Positions 19,539 through 29,759 of a stretch of DNA of 64,000 bases are shown one piece after another. A model generated the notes under the pieces. The model saw only the letters and a program-made list of their open reading frames with translations. It searched no databases and had not been told where the DNA came from. Positions within the stretch are counted from its first letter, which is position 1; each line of letters opens with the position of its first letter. Position numbers and translations under genes: made by a program. The stretch comes from Promethearchaeia archaeon (lineage in GTDB: Archaea; Asgardarchaeota; Lokiarchaeia; Sigyniarchaeales; SOKP01): positions 1 to 64,000 of the forward strand of contig JAHQWG010000046.1 in the NCBI GenBank assembly GCA_029856045.1, written 5' to 3'.

Positions 19539-21236
19539 GTGAGTGTAGAAAAATTTTGGTTAAAATCATATGATAAACATGTCCCTGAAACCCTAACCTA
19601 TTCAAATGATGATGTCGGAACCGCTTTGAGCAAAGCGATGAATAGATTTCCAGATAGAATTGCTTGTCATTTCATGGATTATGCGATGACTTATAAAGAA
19701 TTAATGGAATTATCTCAAATATTTGCCTCGTTTTTGCAAAAAAATGGTTTAAAAAAGGGTGATGTTGTTTCTGTAAATCTTGCTAATATGCCCCAATACT
19801 TAATCGCTGTTTTTGGGACTTATCTAGCAGGTGGTACTGTTGCTGGATGCTCTCCCCTCTTAAGTGCTGATGAAATGGCTTTTCAATTAAACGATAGTAG
19901 TGCAAAATTTCTAGTCACTATGGATATTATTTACGCAAAAAGAATGCCCCAAATTCTGGATAATTTACCAAAACTCGAAGTTATCATTCCTACAAATATT
20001 TCGGAATATATGGGGTTCTCTAGTTTTAAAGTATTTATGGGCAAGTTAATAAAAAAAATCCCAAAGGGGAAAATGAACCCATGGCCAGGAAAAAAAATTG
20101 TTCCTTTTCAAGAAGTAATGACCACTCCAATCGATATAAAAAAAGTTGAAATTGACCCTAAAAAAGATTTAGCGTTAATTCAATATACAGGTGGGACCAC
20201 TGGAACTCCCAAAGGAACTGAAATTACACATTTTAATTGGATAGCGAATATGCATCAATTTGATGTATGGCTCAAGAGAGAAATAGGAACTGATGTTGTT
20301 CTTTGTGCTTTTCCTTATTTCCATATCGCCGGATTCTTTGTTGGGTTATTCTTAACGTATATTTCAGCCTCATCTATTATTATAGCAAATCCACGTGACA
20401 CAGATCACATTATACATGAAATGATTGATAAAAAAATTACTGTTTTTGGAAATGTGCCTACTTTATTTTTAATGGTTCAAAGTAATCCAAAATCTAAGGA
20501 AATCCCAGATGAAATATTAGATAACATTACTTTATATGTCTCTGGAGCTGCACCCTTTCCAGCTGAAGCAGTTAGAGATTTTGAAAAAGATTTTCATTCG
20601 GCAAATAAATTCGTAGAGGTTTATGGTATGACCGAAACTGCAGTTTTGGCTACGGTAAATCCTGCATTAGGAAAGAAGAAGATTGGAAGTGTTGGACTCC
20701 CATTACCCGATACAGAGATAAAACTTGTGGATGTAGAAACTGGAGAACAGGTTGAACTCGGTAACCCTGGTGAAGTATTGATAAAAGGACCACAAGTAGC
20801 ACGAGGATATCATAATAAACCTGATGCTACAGCAGTAACTTTCACTGAGGGTTGGATTCACACGGGAGATGTTGGTATTTTTGATGAAGAAGGATATTTA
20901 AGAATAGTTGACCGCACAAAAGACATGCTGAGTGTAAGTGGATTTAAGGTTTATAGTGTGCACGTTGAAGATGTAATGACTAAACATCCAGACATACAAT
21001 TAATGGCAATTATTGGACTCCCTGATAAAGACAGACCTGGAAGCGAAATTGTGAAAGCTGTAATTCAATTAAAAGAAGGAATTGAAGCAAGCGATAAAGT
21101 GAAAGAAAATATTAAGAAATTTGCACAGGAGAATCTGGCAAAGTATGAAGTTCCAAAACAATGGGATTTCCGTGATGAACTCCCATTAACATCAATTGGT
21201 AAAGTGCTGAAAAGAGCACTTAGAGAAGAAAAGTAA
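19539..21236 (+). CDS. Long-chain fatty acid-CoA ligase
   Basis: QYTGGTTGTPKG, YGMTE, TGD, RIVDRTKD, GKVLKR. Confidence 0.92.
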   Translation: MSVEKFWLKSYDKHVPETLTYSNDDVGTALSKAMNRFPDRIACHFMDYAMTYKELMELSQIFASFLQKNGLKKGDVVSVNLANMPQYLIAVFGTYLAGGTVAGCSPLLSADEMAFQLNDSSAKFLVTMDIIYAKRMPQILDNLPKLEVIIPTNISEYMGFSSFKVFMGKLIKKIPKGKMNPWPGKKIVPFQEVMTTPIDIKKVEIDPKKDLALIQYTGGTTGTPKGTEITHFNWIANMHQFDVWLKREIGTDVVLCAFPYFHIAGFFVGLFLTYISASSIIIANPRDTDHIIHEMIDKKITVFGNVPTLFLMVQSNPKSKEIPDEILDNITLYVSGAAPFPAEAVRDFEKDFHSANKFVEVYGMTETAVLATVNPALGKKKIGSVGLPLPDTEIKLVDVETGEQVELGNPGEVLIKGPQVARGYHNKPDATAVTFTEGWIHTGDVGIFDEEGYLRIVDRTKDMLSVSGFKVYSVHVEDVMTKHPDIQLMAIIGLPDKDRPGSEIVKAVIQLKEGIEASDKVKENIKKFAQENLAKYEVPKQWDFRDELPLTSIGKVLKRALREEK

Positions 21237-21240
21237 TAAT

Positions 21241-21290
21241 ATTTTATTTCTTTAATTTCTTTCTTTTTTTTTTTAATTCTTTATTTTGTT
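21241..21290 (+). terminator. Oligo-T tract, likely archaeal terminator after the acyl-CoA ligase
   Basis: Long T runs immediately after the stop codon. Confidence 0.45.
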
Positions 21291-21425
21291 ATTTACAAAG
21301 CAAATTTTTTTTATTTAGCCCTCTTATACTTTAAAAAAGAGAGCACTTATTTGTAATCATAAAAAATTAAAAAATCTATAAAAAACACAATTATTTGAAA
21401 AATTCTGCTAAATCTTAAAGAAATT

Positions 21426-21758
21426 TTGAAAAAAAAAGCTGAAAGAAAAAGAAAATTACTTTCATCTTTGGAGTCTCTAATAGATCAATTAAAAAATCTT
21501 GGAGCATTAAAAATCATTCTTTTTGGTTCACTTGTAAGAGATGAAATAGATGTAGATAGTGATCTCGATTTATTTGTAATCATGCCTTCAAATATGACCG
21601 GAAAGAAATGGATGAATTTAATATACAGTGAAGTTGAAAGGGGAATTTCATCAGATATAATTGTGTTTAATCTTGAAGAATTTAATAAAAATTTACCTTA
21701 TAGTTCTTTTTTGGAGAACATTATTAACTCAGGAAGAGTTGTATATGAAAAAACCTAA
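21426..21758 (+). CDS. Minimal nucleotidyltransferase (MNT)
   Basis: ILFGSLVR...DSDLDL; 110 aa; overlaps the HEPN gene. Confidence 0.88.
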   Translation: MKKKAERKRKLLSSLESLIDQLKNLGALKIILFGSLVRDEIDVDSDLDLFVIMPSNMTGKKWMNLIYSEVERGISSDIIVFNLEEFNKNLPYSSFLENIINSGRVVYEKT

Positions 21759-22161
21759 TAAAGAAGAAGCATTGAGATGGTTTACTCAAGCAAAGGATGA
21801 ATTTATTGATGCAGATGATTTGAGAAAAAGAGAGCGTTTTTATCTTGCCCTATTTCATTTCCAACAGGCAGCAGAAAAGGCAGTTAAAGCTTTTTTATAT
21901 TTAAAAGTGAAATCCATAGAAGTTTTTTTTACAAATTCCATTAATGATTTACTAAAAGTAGCAATTGAAATCGACACAGAATTCAAGGAAATCGAATCCG
22001 TGAAGAAGTTAGACCAATACTATATCCCAACACGATATCCAAACGGACTTCCCGGGGGAATACCTTCTAGATATTTCGATGATCCTAAAGAAGCAAAGAA
22101 TGCAATGCTACTGGCTAAGAAATTGATTGATCTGGTTGAAAAAAAAATGAAACAAGAATAG
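21745..22161 (+). CDS. HEPN domain protein of an MNT-HEPN pair
   Basis: ALFHFQQAAEKAVKA, YYIPTRYP; ATG at 21745. Confidence 0.88.
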   Translation: MKKPNKEEALRWFTQAKDEFIDADDLRKRERFYLALFHFQQAAEKAVKAFLYLKVKSIEVFFTNSINDLLKVAIEIDTEFKEIESVKKLDQYYIPTRYPNGLPGGIPSRYFDDPKEAKNAMLLAKKLIDLVEKKMKQE

Positions 22162-22247
22162 AGGGATATTTCGAATGTGTATTAATATTGATAAAAAGGA
22201 AAAAAAGAAATGATTAAATTAATAATCATTTAATGAATCTTTAAACT

Positions 22248-23687
22248 TTAACTATTAATTTCTTCTTGTTTTTTAGCAATAGAAAGTTTGAATCCTTCAG
22301 GAAATGGAGATTTATAAGGACTATCTTTAGTAACTTCCTCAAATTCCAATTTTGCTTGATCAACTAATTCGAGATTGCTCATGAATTCTATAGCAGATAA
22401 TGCTAATATTTTTGCTGCTGTTAACATACCCTTATGACCAATACTCATACCTGACGTGCAAACATTTTGCCAAGAGTGTTGTGGAGAACCCATAATTTGA
22501 CAAGTTGTAGCAAATTCACCCAATGGCGTGACTCTTGATACATCAGAAACATCTGAAGAGCCAGGCATAATTTTTCCTTTGCCGATTCCAGGAATTATAA
22601 ATGTGTTTAAGGGTTGACTAAAAATTTGTTGAGCCATTTTTTGAAAATTCGGAGGAATTAAACTTTTAAAAGCATCCATTGAACCAGACGGTAACGTTTT
22701 TTTGAGCTTCTCTGCAAATTCTCTATCTTTCTCATCAAATTTAGGACTACCAACCTTTTTCATTTTAGAAAGAATTACAGCTCCAACTGCATCATTACGT
22801 AAAGGATTGTATGTTCCTCCTAAAAAATCTATTTCCATTTTAGTTTCTGTCATTAATGCCGCACCTTCAGCTATTTTAATTACGCGTTTATAAAGTTTCT
22901 CAACCGAATGACGCTCAGGTGCTCTGATAAAGTAATACACTTCTGCTTCATCCGGTACAACATTTGGGGCTTTACCTCCATTTGTAATTACATAATGAAC
23001 TCTAGCTTCAGGTATCATATGTTCTCGCATATAATTAACACCAACATTCATAAGTTCTACAGCATCTAATGCACTGCGCCCATTTTGTGGATCAAAAGCT
23101 GCATGAGCTGTACGACCGTGGAATCTAAATTTTACATAATTTATTGCCAAAAGTGACACATCAGTTAATGCATTCATAAAAGCAGGATGCCATGTTAGAG
23201 AAATATCTACGTCTTTAAATGCTCCTGCATTTATCATATAACCCTTGCTGTTAAATTTTTCCTCCGCGGGACAGCCATAATATCTAATAGTTCCTTCAGC
23301 ATCTCCAGCAATAATTGCATTTTTTACTGCTAAAACGGCTCCCAAAGAACCTGTTCCTAGTAAATTATGCCCGCAACCATGGCCCGGTGCTCCTTCCTTA
23401 AATGGTTTTTTTATTGGTTCAGTAATTTGACTTAAACCTGGTAAAGCATCATATTCGCCTAAAATAGCAATCACAGGCTTCTTATTACCATAGCTAGCAA
23501 TAAATGCTGTAGGCATACCTGCTACATTTTTTTCAACTGAAAAACCCTCCTCTTCTAATGTTTTAATTAAAAGATTTGTGGATTTAAATTCTTGAAATCC
23601 TACTTCTGCAAATTCCCAAATTCGATTACTAATATCTATTAATCTTTGCCGATTTTCTTCAATCCAATTAGCATATTTTTTTGACAA
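22248..23687 (-). CDS. M20 amidohydrolase, AbgB-like
   Basis: GEYDALPGL, GHGCGHN, GCPAEE, GRSALDAVELMN, GSSDV. Confidence 0.9.
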   Translation of the reverse strand: MSKKYANWIEENRQRLIDISNRIWEFAEVGFQEFKSTNLLIKTLEEEGFSVEKNVAGMPTAFIASYGNKKPVIAILGEYDALPGLSQITEPIKKPFKEGAPGHGCGHNLLGTGSLGAVLAVKNAIIAGDAEGTIRYYGCPAEEKFNSKGYMINAGAFKDVDISLTWHPAFMNALTDVSLLAINYVKFRFHGRTAHAAFDPQNGRSALDAVELMNVGVNYMREHMIPEARVHYVITNGGKAPNVVPDEAEVYYFIRAPERHSVEKLYKRVIKIAEGAALMTETKMEIDFLGGTYNPLRNDAVGAVILSKMKKVGSPKFDEKDREFAEKLKKTLPSGSMDAFKSLIPPNFQKMAQQIFSQPLNTFIIPGIGKGKIMPGSSDVSDVSRVTPLGEFATTCQIMGSPQHSWQNVCTSGMSIGHKGMLTAAKILALSAIEFMSNLELVDQAKLEFEEVTKDSPYKSPFPEGFKLSIAKKQEEINS

Positions 23688-23772
23688 ATTTATTCCTTTT
23701 TTTTTTTAAGTGCTTTTCTAATAAAAAAAAAATTAAAAAAAATATATATATTTTTTATTAAATTGAATTTTA

Positions 23773-25086
23773 CTATTCTTTCTTAGTTTTATGCTCGTAA
23801 ATTTTTGGATCAAGTGTTAAAAACGGTATTATTCCTACCATTGAAAGGATTGCCATAAATATAAAAACAACTGAATAAATAAGATAAGTATCTGAAGTAA
23901 TCCCTGACATTGAGTCTAATATTATTCCAGTGAGAGATAACCCTAATATTGTCCCCATATTAACAAACGAAGCACTTAGAGCAAAGTAAGAACTCCGCAA
24001 CTCTTTATATTCTCTTGAATATCCACTAGCAATTGAACCAAAACTCGAGTGAATCATACCACTCCCAAGTCCTACTATAAATACAAAAATTAATAGTACT
24101 ACTACAGGAACAGGAATTATTAATAAAATTAAAGAACCTGTTACAACGGCTAATGCTAAATAATAAGAAAGTTTTCTTGTTTTTAAATCAGCAATGTAAC
24201 CTCCTAGTAAAGCCCCCGATAGAATGCCTACTCCTACAATTGAGGATATGAAAGCTTGTGGTTCATATAAATTAATATCCGCTTCTAACATTTCAAGTGT
24301 AGCACCTTCAGCCCCAACCAAACCGCCACGGATTAAAATAAAAAGGGAAATAACCGAAAATAAAACACCATCAATAATCGCCATAAAAAACGAAAAACTA
24401 AATAGTCTCCAGTTTTCTCCTTTAACGAGTATTAATTTAAGATTCCTAAAGAAATTTACTTCTTTCGGTTTCTCAACATGTTCAATATAAAGAACAAATA
24501 TTCCAAAGAGTATAGTTAAAATTCCTATTAAAATAAATATTAGATTTAATGGCATTATTAACATAAGAACTAAAATTACTGGACCACCAAGCACAATTCC
24601 TGCAGATCTAAATCCCCATGTAAACCCTTGAGTACGACCTAATTGTTCTTTAGGAGTAATATCGAGAATAAATCCATCTATCACAGTATCTGACATAGCT
24701 ATTCCGAACATAGAAAAAAAGCCCACTATTGAAATAATTACAATAGATGAGCTAGGATTCGCAGTAATAAGAAAAGGCATTAATATCCAAACTAATCCAG
24801 CAAAAGTTAATCCTGCAATAATCCAAGGTTTCCTTCTTCCTAATTTTTTAATACCATACTTATCAGTTAAACCACCAAAAATTATTTTGAGTATGAAAGG
24901 GATCCCAACTATTGATCCTATGAATGCAATAGTAGAAGCTTCTACCGAACCTAGTATTGTTAGTATATAAATAGGAATAATAACTGCTAAAACACTTTGG
25001 GTTATTCCTTGTATCAAATAAAGCAGCGAGAAAATTAGAATATAACTGTTTTTAAATTGATATTCTTGTTTTTCCATAATATACAC
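23773..25086 (-). CDS. MFS transporter
   Basis: ~12 TM helices; LTDKYGIKKLGRRKPW. Confidence 0.85.
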   Translation of the reverse strand: MYIMEKQEYQFKNSYILIFSLLYLIQGITQSVLAVIIPIYILTILGSVEASTIAFIGSIVGIPFILKIIFGGLTDKYGIKKLGRRKPWIIAGLTFAGLVWILMPFLITANPSSSIVIISIVGFFSMFGIAMSDTVIDGFILDITPKEQLGRTQGFTWGFRSAGIVLGGPVILVLMLIMPLNLIFILIGILTILFGIFVLYIEHVEKPKEVNFFRNLKLILVKGENWRLFSFSFFMAIIDGVLFSVISLFILIRGGLVGAEGATLEMLEADINLYEPQAFISSIVGVGILSGALLGGYIADLKTRKLSYYLALAVVTGSLILLIIPVPVVVLLIFVFIVGLGSGMIHSSFGSIASGYSREYKELRSSYFALSASFVNMGTILGLSLTGIILDSMSGITSDTYLIYSVVFIFMAILSMVGIIPFLTLDPKIYEHKTKKE

Positions 25087-25668
25087 TTATTTTTTTGATA
25101 AAACTTTTAAAATGTTATTAAAATCTCATCTCGATTAAATTTAAGTATTTTGTTTATTAGTGTGTACTAGATTTACCTTTATACAAAAAAGTAAAAGATT
25201 ATTTGTTGAAACTATCAATTAATTGTTATTCTTGGAAAAAGCATAAGAAGTCCAAGCAGTAAAATTAAAAAAAGGAATACCATAATCTCCATTAGAATAT
25301 GAAAGTCAACCGTTTGGTTACCCAATTGATGAGCCAGAACGCACATATCGTCTCCCAGCTACACGAAAACCATTAGATAAATTAGTTTCATATTAGACGT
25401 CTAAATTTAATATATATAAATTAAAAAAAATAGAAAGTTGTGAATTAGTTTCTCATTTTTATTCAATGCTAAAATTATATAATTATATTCAATCAATTTT
25501 TAGATAGTTTAATTAAAAAAAAATGTGTAAATCAAATGCAATATGTGAAAAAACTTTCTAAAACTTCTGAATTATTATAAAATTTTTTTCAAATTAACCC
25601 AATAACTTTAATTTCAAATTTAAATATTTAAATAATGCAATTCTATGTATTCTCTCGATAACTTTTTT

Positions 25669-26814
25669 TCAATCAATAATATTATTTATAACAAGAGTTG
25701 ATATATGCTGAATTTTTTTATCTAAATTTATTTTATGCGCTATATAACGAAGATTAAAAATACAGAAAGGACAAGAAGACATGATATTTTCACTTTTTGA
25801 TTCCTTAATGATTTCTGCACCAATTTTTCGAGATAAATCTTTATCAATTGAGCGAACTCCCGATCCCGCCCCACAACAATAGGCATTTTCTCGATTTTGG
25901 GAAAGTTCATCAATAATAATTCCACATTCGCTCAAAATGTCTCTTGGTTCCTTATATAGCCCAGCTTTTCTTCCCAATCGACAAGAATCATGAAAGGTAA
26001 AAGTGTCGCCAACCTTTTTTAATTTTATTTTACCTTCTCCTATGAGAGCATGAATTATCTGAACAATATGAAATACTTCAAAATCCATTTCGCCAAACAA
26101 TCTGGGATAATATGTTGAAAAACAACGATAACAACCAGCACATGGTACAATAATTCTTTTTATTCCCAATTTTTTAAATTTGTTAATATTTTCCTCGAAA
26201 ATTCTTTTTGCAATATCAATTTTCCCACAATTATAAGGATAAATTCCACAACAGAACTCATCTTTTAATATCATAAAATCTTCGCCAGCTTTTTTCAACA
26301 ACTTATAGGAATCACTGGCACTCTCTTTAACCAAAAAAGAGGGAAGGCAACCAACATATAAAAGTGTATCAGAAGGATGGTCCTCAAATTTTTCTGAATC
26401 TCTAAATTCCTCCGGTATCCATTCAAGTCGCTTCTCTGGATCTCCATTAACAGAATTTCTCTTTTCGAGAATTCCATTAATAATAACATTATGCTTATCT
26501 AAAGGTCCCAAATTCTTATTTACCAATTCGATCTTTGAATCCGCAATAATATCAGAGATTTTTATTTCCTCTGGACAAACTTCTTCACATCGACCGCATT
26601 CCGTACAATAATAAATACTTTGGATTTCATCTTGTAATATTTCCTTTTCATTAAGTAATTTATTGATAATTTGCAGCCTTGTTAATGGAGAATACAAGCG
26701 ATTTTCAGTAGAATAATAAGTGCAACAAACTTCTAAACACGCTTCACACTCCGTACAGGTTGAAATATCTTCCAACATTTGTTTTTTATTTATTATATTT
26801 TCCTTTTCAGACAT
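25669..26814 (-). CDS. Fe-S oxidoreductase, HdrD/GlpC-like (2x[4Fe-4S] + two CCG domains)
   Basis: CTECEACLEVC, CTECGRCEEVCP, FCCG, HDSC...CCGAG...CPFC; likely start MSEKE at 26814. Confidence 0.85.
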   Translation of the reverse strand: MSEKENIINKKQMLEDISTCTECEACLEVCCTYYSTENRLYSPLTRLQIINKLLNEKEILQDEIQSIYYCTECGRCEEVCPEEIKISDIIADSKIELVNKNLGPLDKHNVIINGILEKRNSVNGDPEKRLEWIPEEFRDSEKFEDHPSDTLLYVGCLPSFLVKESASDSYKLLKKAGEDFMILKDEFCCGIYPYNCGKIDIAKRIFEENINKFKKLGIKRIIVPCAGCYRCFSTYYPRLFGEMDFEVFHIVQIIHALIGEGKIKLKKVGDTFTFHDSCRLGRKAGLYKEPRDILSECGIIIDELSQNRENAYCCGAGSGVRSIDKDLSRKIGAEIIKESKSENIMSSCPFCIFNLRYIAHKINLDKKIQHISTLVINNIID

Positions 26815-27379
26815 TACTTTTAACCTCTTTAACAATATAATCCAAGAGTTTTTTTCCTGCTGTTTGCAAATCACCTGAATTATCAACATTAGAATCGGCT
26901 ATATCTAAATATTGGTTTTTCCGGGCTCTTTCAAGCCTTTCTTGAAGCTCTTTAGAATCCTCCCTCTCACGTTCCTTAATTCTCTGAGCAGTAATCTCAA
27001 AAGGAACATACACAAATATTATTCTCAAAAAATTATATTTCTTTTTTGCCTCTTCTAAAATTCTCCGACTAACATTCACAAAAACTGAATATCCCGCTTC
27101 AATCTTCTCCATTATATCCTTTTGCACCCCATAAGACTTATTATACGTTCTCCAATGAAAAACAAACTCCCCTCTGTTTAACATATCTAAAAATTCATCC
27201 TCAGTTATTGAAATGAAATCTTCTGTGTCGGGAGATGGAGGGCGGGTAATATATCTCTTAGGAACAATAAGTGGAGTTAATTCTTTTGGGTAATTATTCA
27301 ACACTTCTTTTATTAAAGAATCTTTACCAGAACCAGAATTTCCAACTATAAAAAAGAGTTTACCGCCGATTTCACACAC
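26807..27379 (-). CDS. phnN: Ribose 1,5-bisphosphate phosphokinase PhnN-like (guanylate kinase family)
   Basis: VGNSGSGKDSL, RYITRP, HWRTYNKSYG, VNVSR, DNSGDL. Confidence 0.75.
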   Translation of the reverse strand: MCEIGGKLFFIVGNSGSGKDSLIKEVLNNYPKELTPLIVPKRYITRPPSPDTEDFISITEDEFLDMLNRGEFVFHWRTYNKSYGVQKDIMEKIEAGYSVFVNVSRRILEEAKKKYNFLRIIFVYVPFEITAQRIKEREREDSKELQERLERARKNQYLDIADSNVDNSGDLQTAGKKLLDYIVKEVKSNV

Positions 27380-27464
27380 CTATTTATTATTAGTATTAGA
27401 ATAAAATAATGATTTCTAAAGAAAATATAATGAACTATACCTTATTTATATTTCAAAACATAAG
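27374..27464. repeat. ~91-bp direct repeat, copy 1
   Basis: ACACACCTATTTA...TTAGAATAAAATAATGATT...GAACTATACCTTATTTATATTTCAAAACATAAG; near-identical to 31612..31702. Confidence 0.9.
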
Positions 27465-27785
27465 TATTATTCGCTGAAATATTAAATTTTATTCAAGAAA
27501 TTTTAAAATAATTTTAAATTTCATCATTTTTTTGATACAAATCAGTTTTCAAGAGTTTTAGAGTCTTTACAAATTGGATGTTCTACTATTTTATTTTGAA
27601 CTTCCTTAAAAATATAATTTTTTTTTTTTTTACCCATTAGACAGTTTAAAGAGGACTTTTCAATCTTTTCTGGAGAATTTTTTAAAATTTTGTGGAGAAT
27701 AGGGTTGAATTTCCGATAATTACTTATTTATGTAATTTTTTGAAATTTCTTTAATTGACTTCTCTTTATCCTCATTTTGATTTTT

Positions 27786-29057
27786 TTATTTAATTCCGTA
27801 AAGTACTACTGCTTTATTAAATTCTGATTTTATTAATTTGGGTATTTCAATTTTCTCTATTAGATTTTCAAAATTTATTTCTTGAACGTTCCAGTTTTTT
27901 ATTTTCTTAATTAATGAATCAAACGTTCCAAATTTCTTTTTATTTTTAAATGTATCTTGTAACGCAAATACTCCACCCTTTTTCAATACTCGGAAAGATT
28001 CTTTTAATACTTTTGTTTTATCTTTAATGTCTCGTACTTCATGAAATACGAAATTACTTACAATTGCATCAAATTCTCCATCATTAAAAGGTAAATTTGA
28101 TGCACTTGCTTTTTGAAAAATAATATCTCCTGCAACTCCTTCAATCTTCGCATTCCTTTCACATATAAGTTTCGAATAATTCCAACCCTTCCCCCAGTAA
28201 TCAATTCCATACAATTTTGATTCAGGATGATTTTTCGCTAATCTTATCGCAAGCGCTCCATTTCCAGTGCCAATATCAAGTGCTTTACCTATACCATTCC
28301 AAAGTAATTTTTCAATAACGAGGTCCCAAATTTTATATTGTAATTCTTTATCATTCTTTGAGAACTGGTAATACAAGTAAAACAGATAGAGAAATGCCAA
28401 GAAAAATATTGCTGTTAATACCCATAAAATTATTCTTACAATTAAAAATAATGGAAATATGGATATAATAAAAAGAACTAACATAATCACTAAAATTGGA
28501 TATAATAAGTTCCTTGGTACCCAATTTCCATAATCTACCGATTCCTTAATCATTGTATGTTTATTATATTTTTTAATTTTGGGAAAGATCGCATTTACTC
28601 TCATTTTATAATCGATATATTCTTCTCCAAATTTCTTAATACAATAATCCTCTTCTTTTTTTATCATTATTTTAAAAATAATATAATAAAATAGTGGAAT
28701 AAAAAATAAAATCCAACTATTAAAAAGACAAACTATACCAGGAATGATGAATAATATAAATCCAGAATATAATGGATGTCTCACATATGCAAAAGTTCCG
28801 GTTGTCACTAATTTACCTGAATTATATGCTTTATTAATTACAAATAGAGTCTTAAAATAGATAATTAATCCAATAATAATAAGACAAAGTCCAATTATTA
28901 TCATTATAATACCATTTATTGGAAGTAGAAAAGCGGGATAAAAGTAAAAATGAATAAAAACAAACAAAATAATAAACGGAATTAAAAATAATAACATCTG
29001 AAAACTTACTCCCCAAACAGTCATTTCTTTGTTTATTTCTTTGGACTTATTGCTCAA
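27786..29057 (-). CDS. Fusion of ICMT/PEMT-family membrane methyltransferase and class I SAM methyltransferase
   Basis: LVTTGTFAYVRHPLY...EE...FGEEY; then VDYGNWVP...ALDIGTGNG...LPFNDGEFDAIVSNFVFHEV. Confidence 0.85.
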   Translation of the reverse strand: MSNKSKEINKEMTVWGVSFQMLLFLIPFIILFVFIHFYFYPAFLLPINGIIMIIIGLCLIIIGLIIYFKTLFVINKAYNSGKLVTTGTFAYVRHPLYSGFILFIIPGIVCLFNSWILFFIPLFYYIIFKIMIKKEEDYCIKKFGEEYIDYKMRVNAIFPKIKKYNKHTMIKESVDYGNWVPRNLLYPILVIMLVLFIISIFPLFLIVRIILWVLTAIFFLAFLYLFYLYYQFSKNDKELQYKIWDLVIEKLLWNGIGKALDIGTGNGALAIRLAKNHPESKLYGIDYWGKGWNYSKLICERNAKIEGVAGDIIFQKASASNLPFNDGEFDAIVSNFVFHEVRDIKDKTKVLKESFRVLKKGGVFALQDTFKNKKKFGTFDSLIKKIKNWNVQEINFENLIEKIEIPKLIKSEFNKAVVLYGIK

Positions 29058-29086
29058 AATTATTATAACCCTAAAAAATTGCTATT

Positions 29087-29746
29087 TTACTTTAATTTTT
29101 TACCTTCTATTGCTAACAAATTTCTTTTAGTAAATTCCGTCTTTCTAATTATAAAAGGAAGATATCTTCCAACTCTTTTTTTATATTCTTCATATTCCTT
29201 ACCAAATGTCTTTAAAAGAAATTTTTCCTCATCTCTAGCTTTTGAATCGAAAGTAATTATGTTTACCACAGCAATAAATAGATTTAGAAAATTTGGAATT
29301 ACTAGAAAATATCCAATTAAAATCAAAAAGACTCCAAATACGATAGGATTTCTCATAACTGTATAAATTCCAGAAGTAATCAGCTGCGTTTCTTCCTTAG
29401 GGAATTCAATTCTAAAATTAATACCAAGCGCGATTAATCCCAATGTTCCAAAAATGAGCGATATTATTAAGAGAACCATCCCAATTATAACAAACAAATC
29501 TTGGAAGAAAAACTCAATCATCAAAAAATTTTTTATGTAATCATCAAAAATAAAATATAAAATAACGTAAATTAGCCAAATCATTATTGAAACTGAAGTG
29601 AGTCTAGTTAATAACGATGCCTCTTCATGGGTGCCATGTGGATCCATACCTTTTCTATTAACTAAAACCATGGGAACTATCATCCCAAGTAAGAATAATG
29701 CAATTACAATAATAAAAAATATTTTTATAAAAATTTTATCAATCAT
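29087..29746 (-). CDS. ICMT/PEMT-family membrane methyltransferase
   Basis: LITSGIYTVMRNPI, EEKFLLKTFGKEYEEYKKRVGRY. Confidence 0.85.
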   Translation of the reverse strand: MIDKIFIKIFFIIVIALFLLGMIVPMVLVNRKGMDPHGTHEEASLLTRLTSVSIMIWLIYVILYFIFDDYIKNFLMIEFFFQDLFVIIGMVLLIISLIFGTLGLIALGINFRIEFPKEETQLITSGIYTVMRNPIVFGVFLILIGYFLVIPNFLNLFIAVVNIITFDSKARDEEKFLLKTFGKEYEEYKKRVGRYLPFIIRKTEFTKRNLLAIEGKKLK

Positions 29747-29759
29747 TAATCTATCTCTT

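Noticed and set aside
8944-21236. tRNA-anchored integrative element
   Set aside because: No integrase and no duplicated tRNA 3' end was seen in the window
25200-25400. Slightly GC-richer intergenic stretch that reads like protein on the minus strand (NGFRVAGRRYVRSGSSIG*PNG*LSYSNGDYGIPFF)
   Set aside because: Interrupted by stops and no family recognised; possibly a gene remnant, but not supportable
25669-26889. Track start at 26889 for the HdrD-like gene; likewise 18165 and 21661 for the reductase and HEPN
   Set aside because: These give long overlaps with upstream genes; the in-frame ATGs at 26814, 18195 and 21745 fit better
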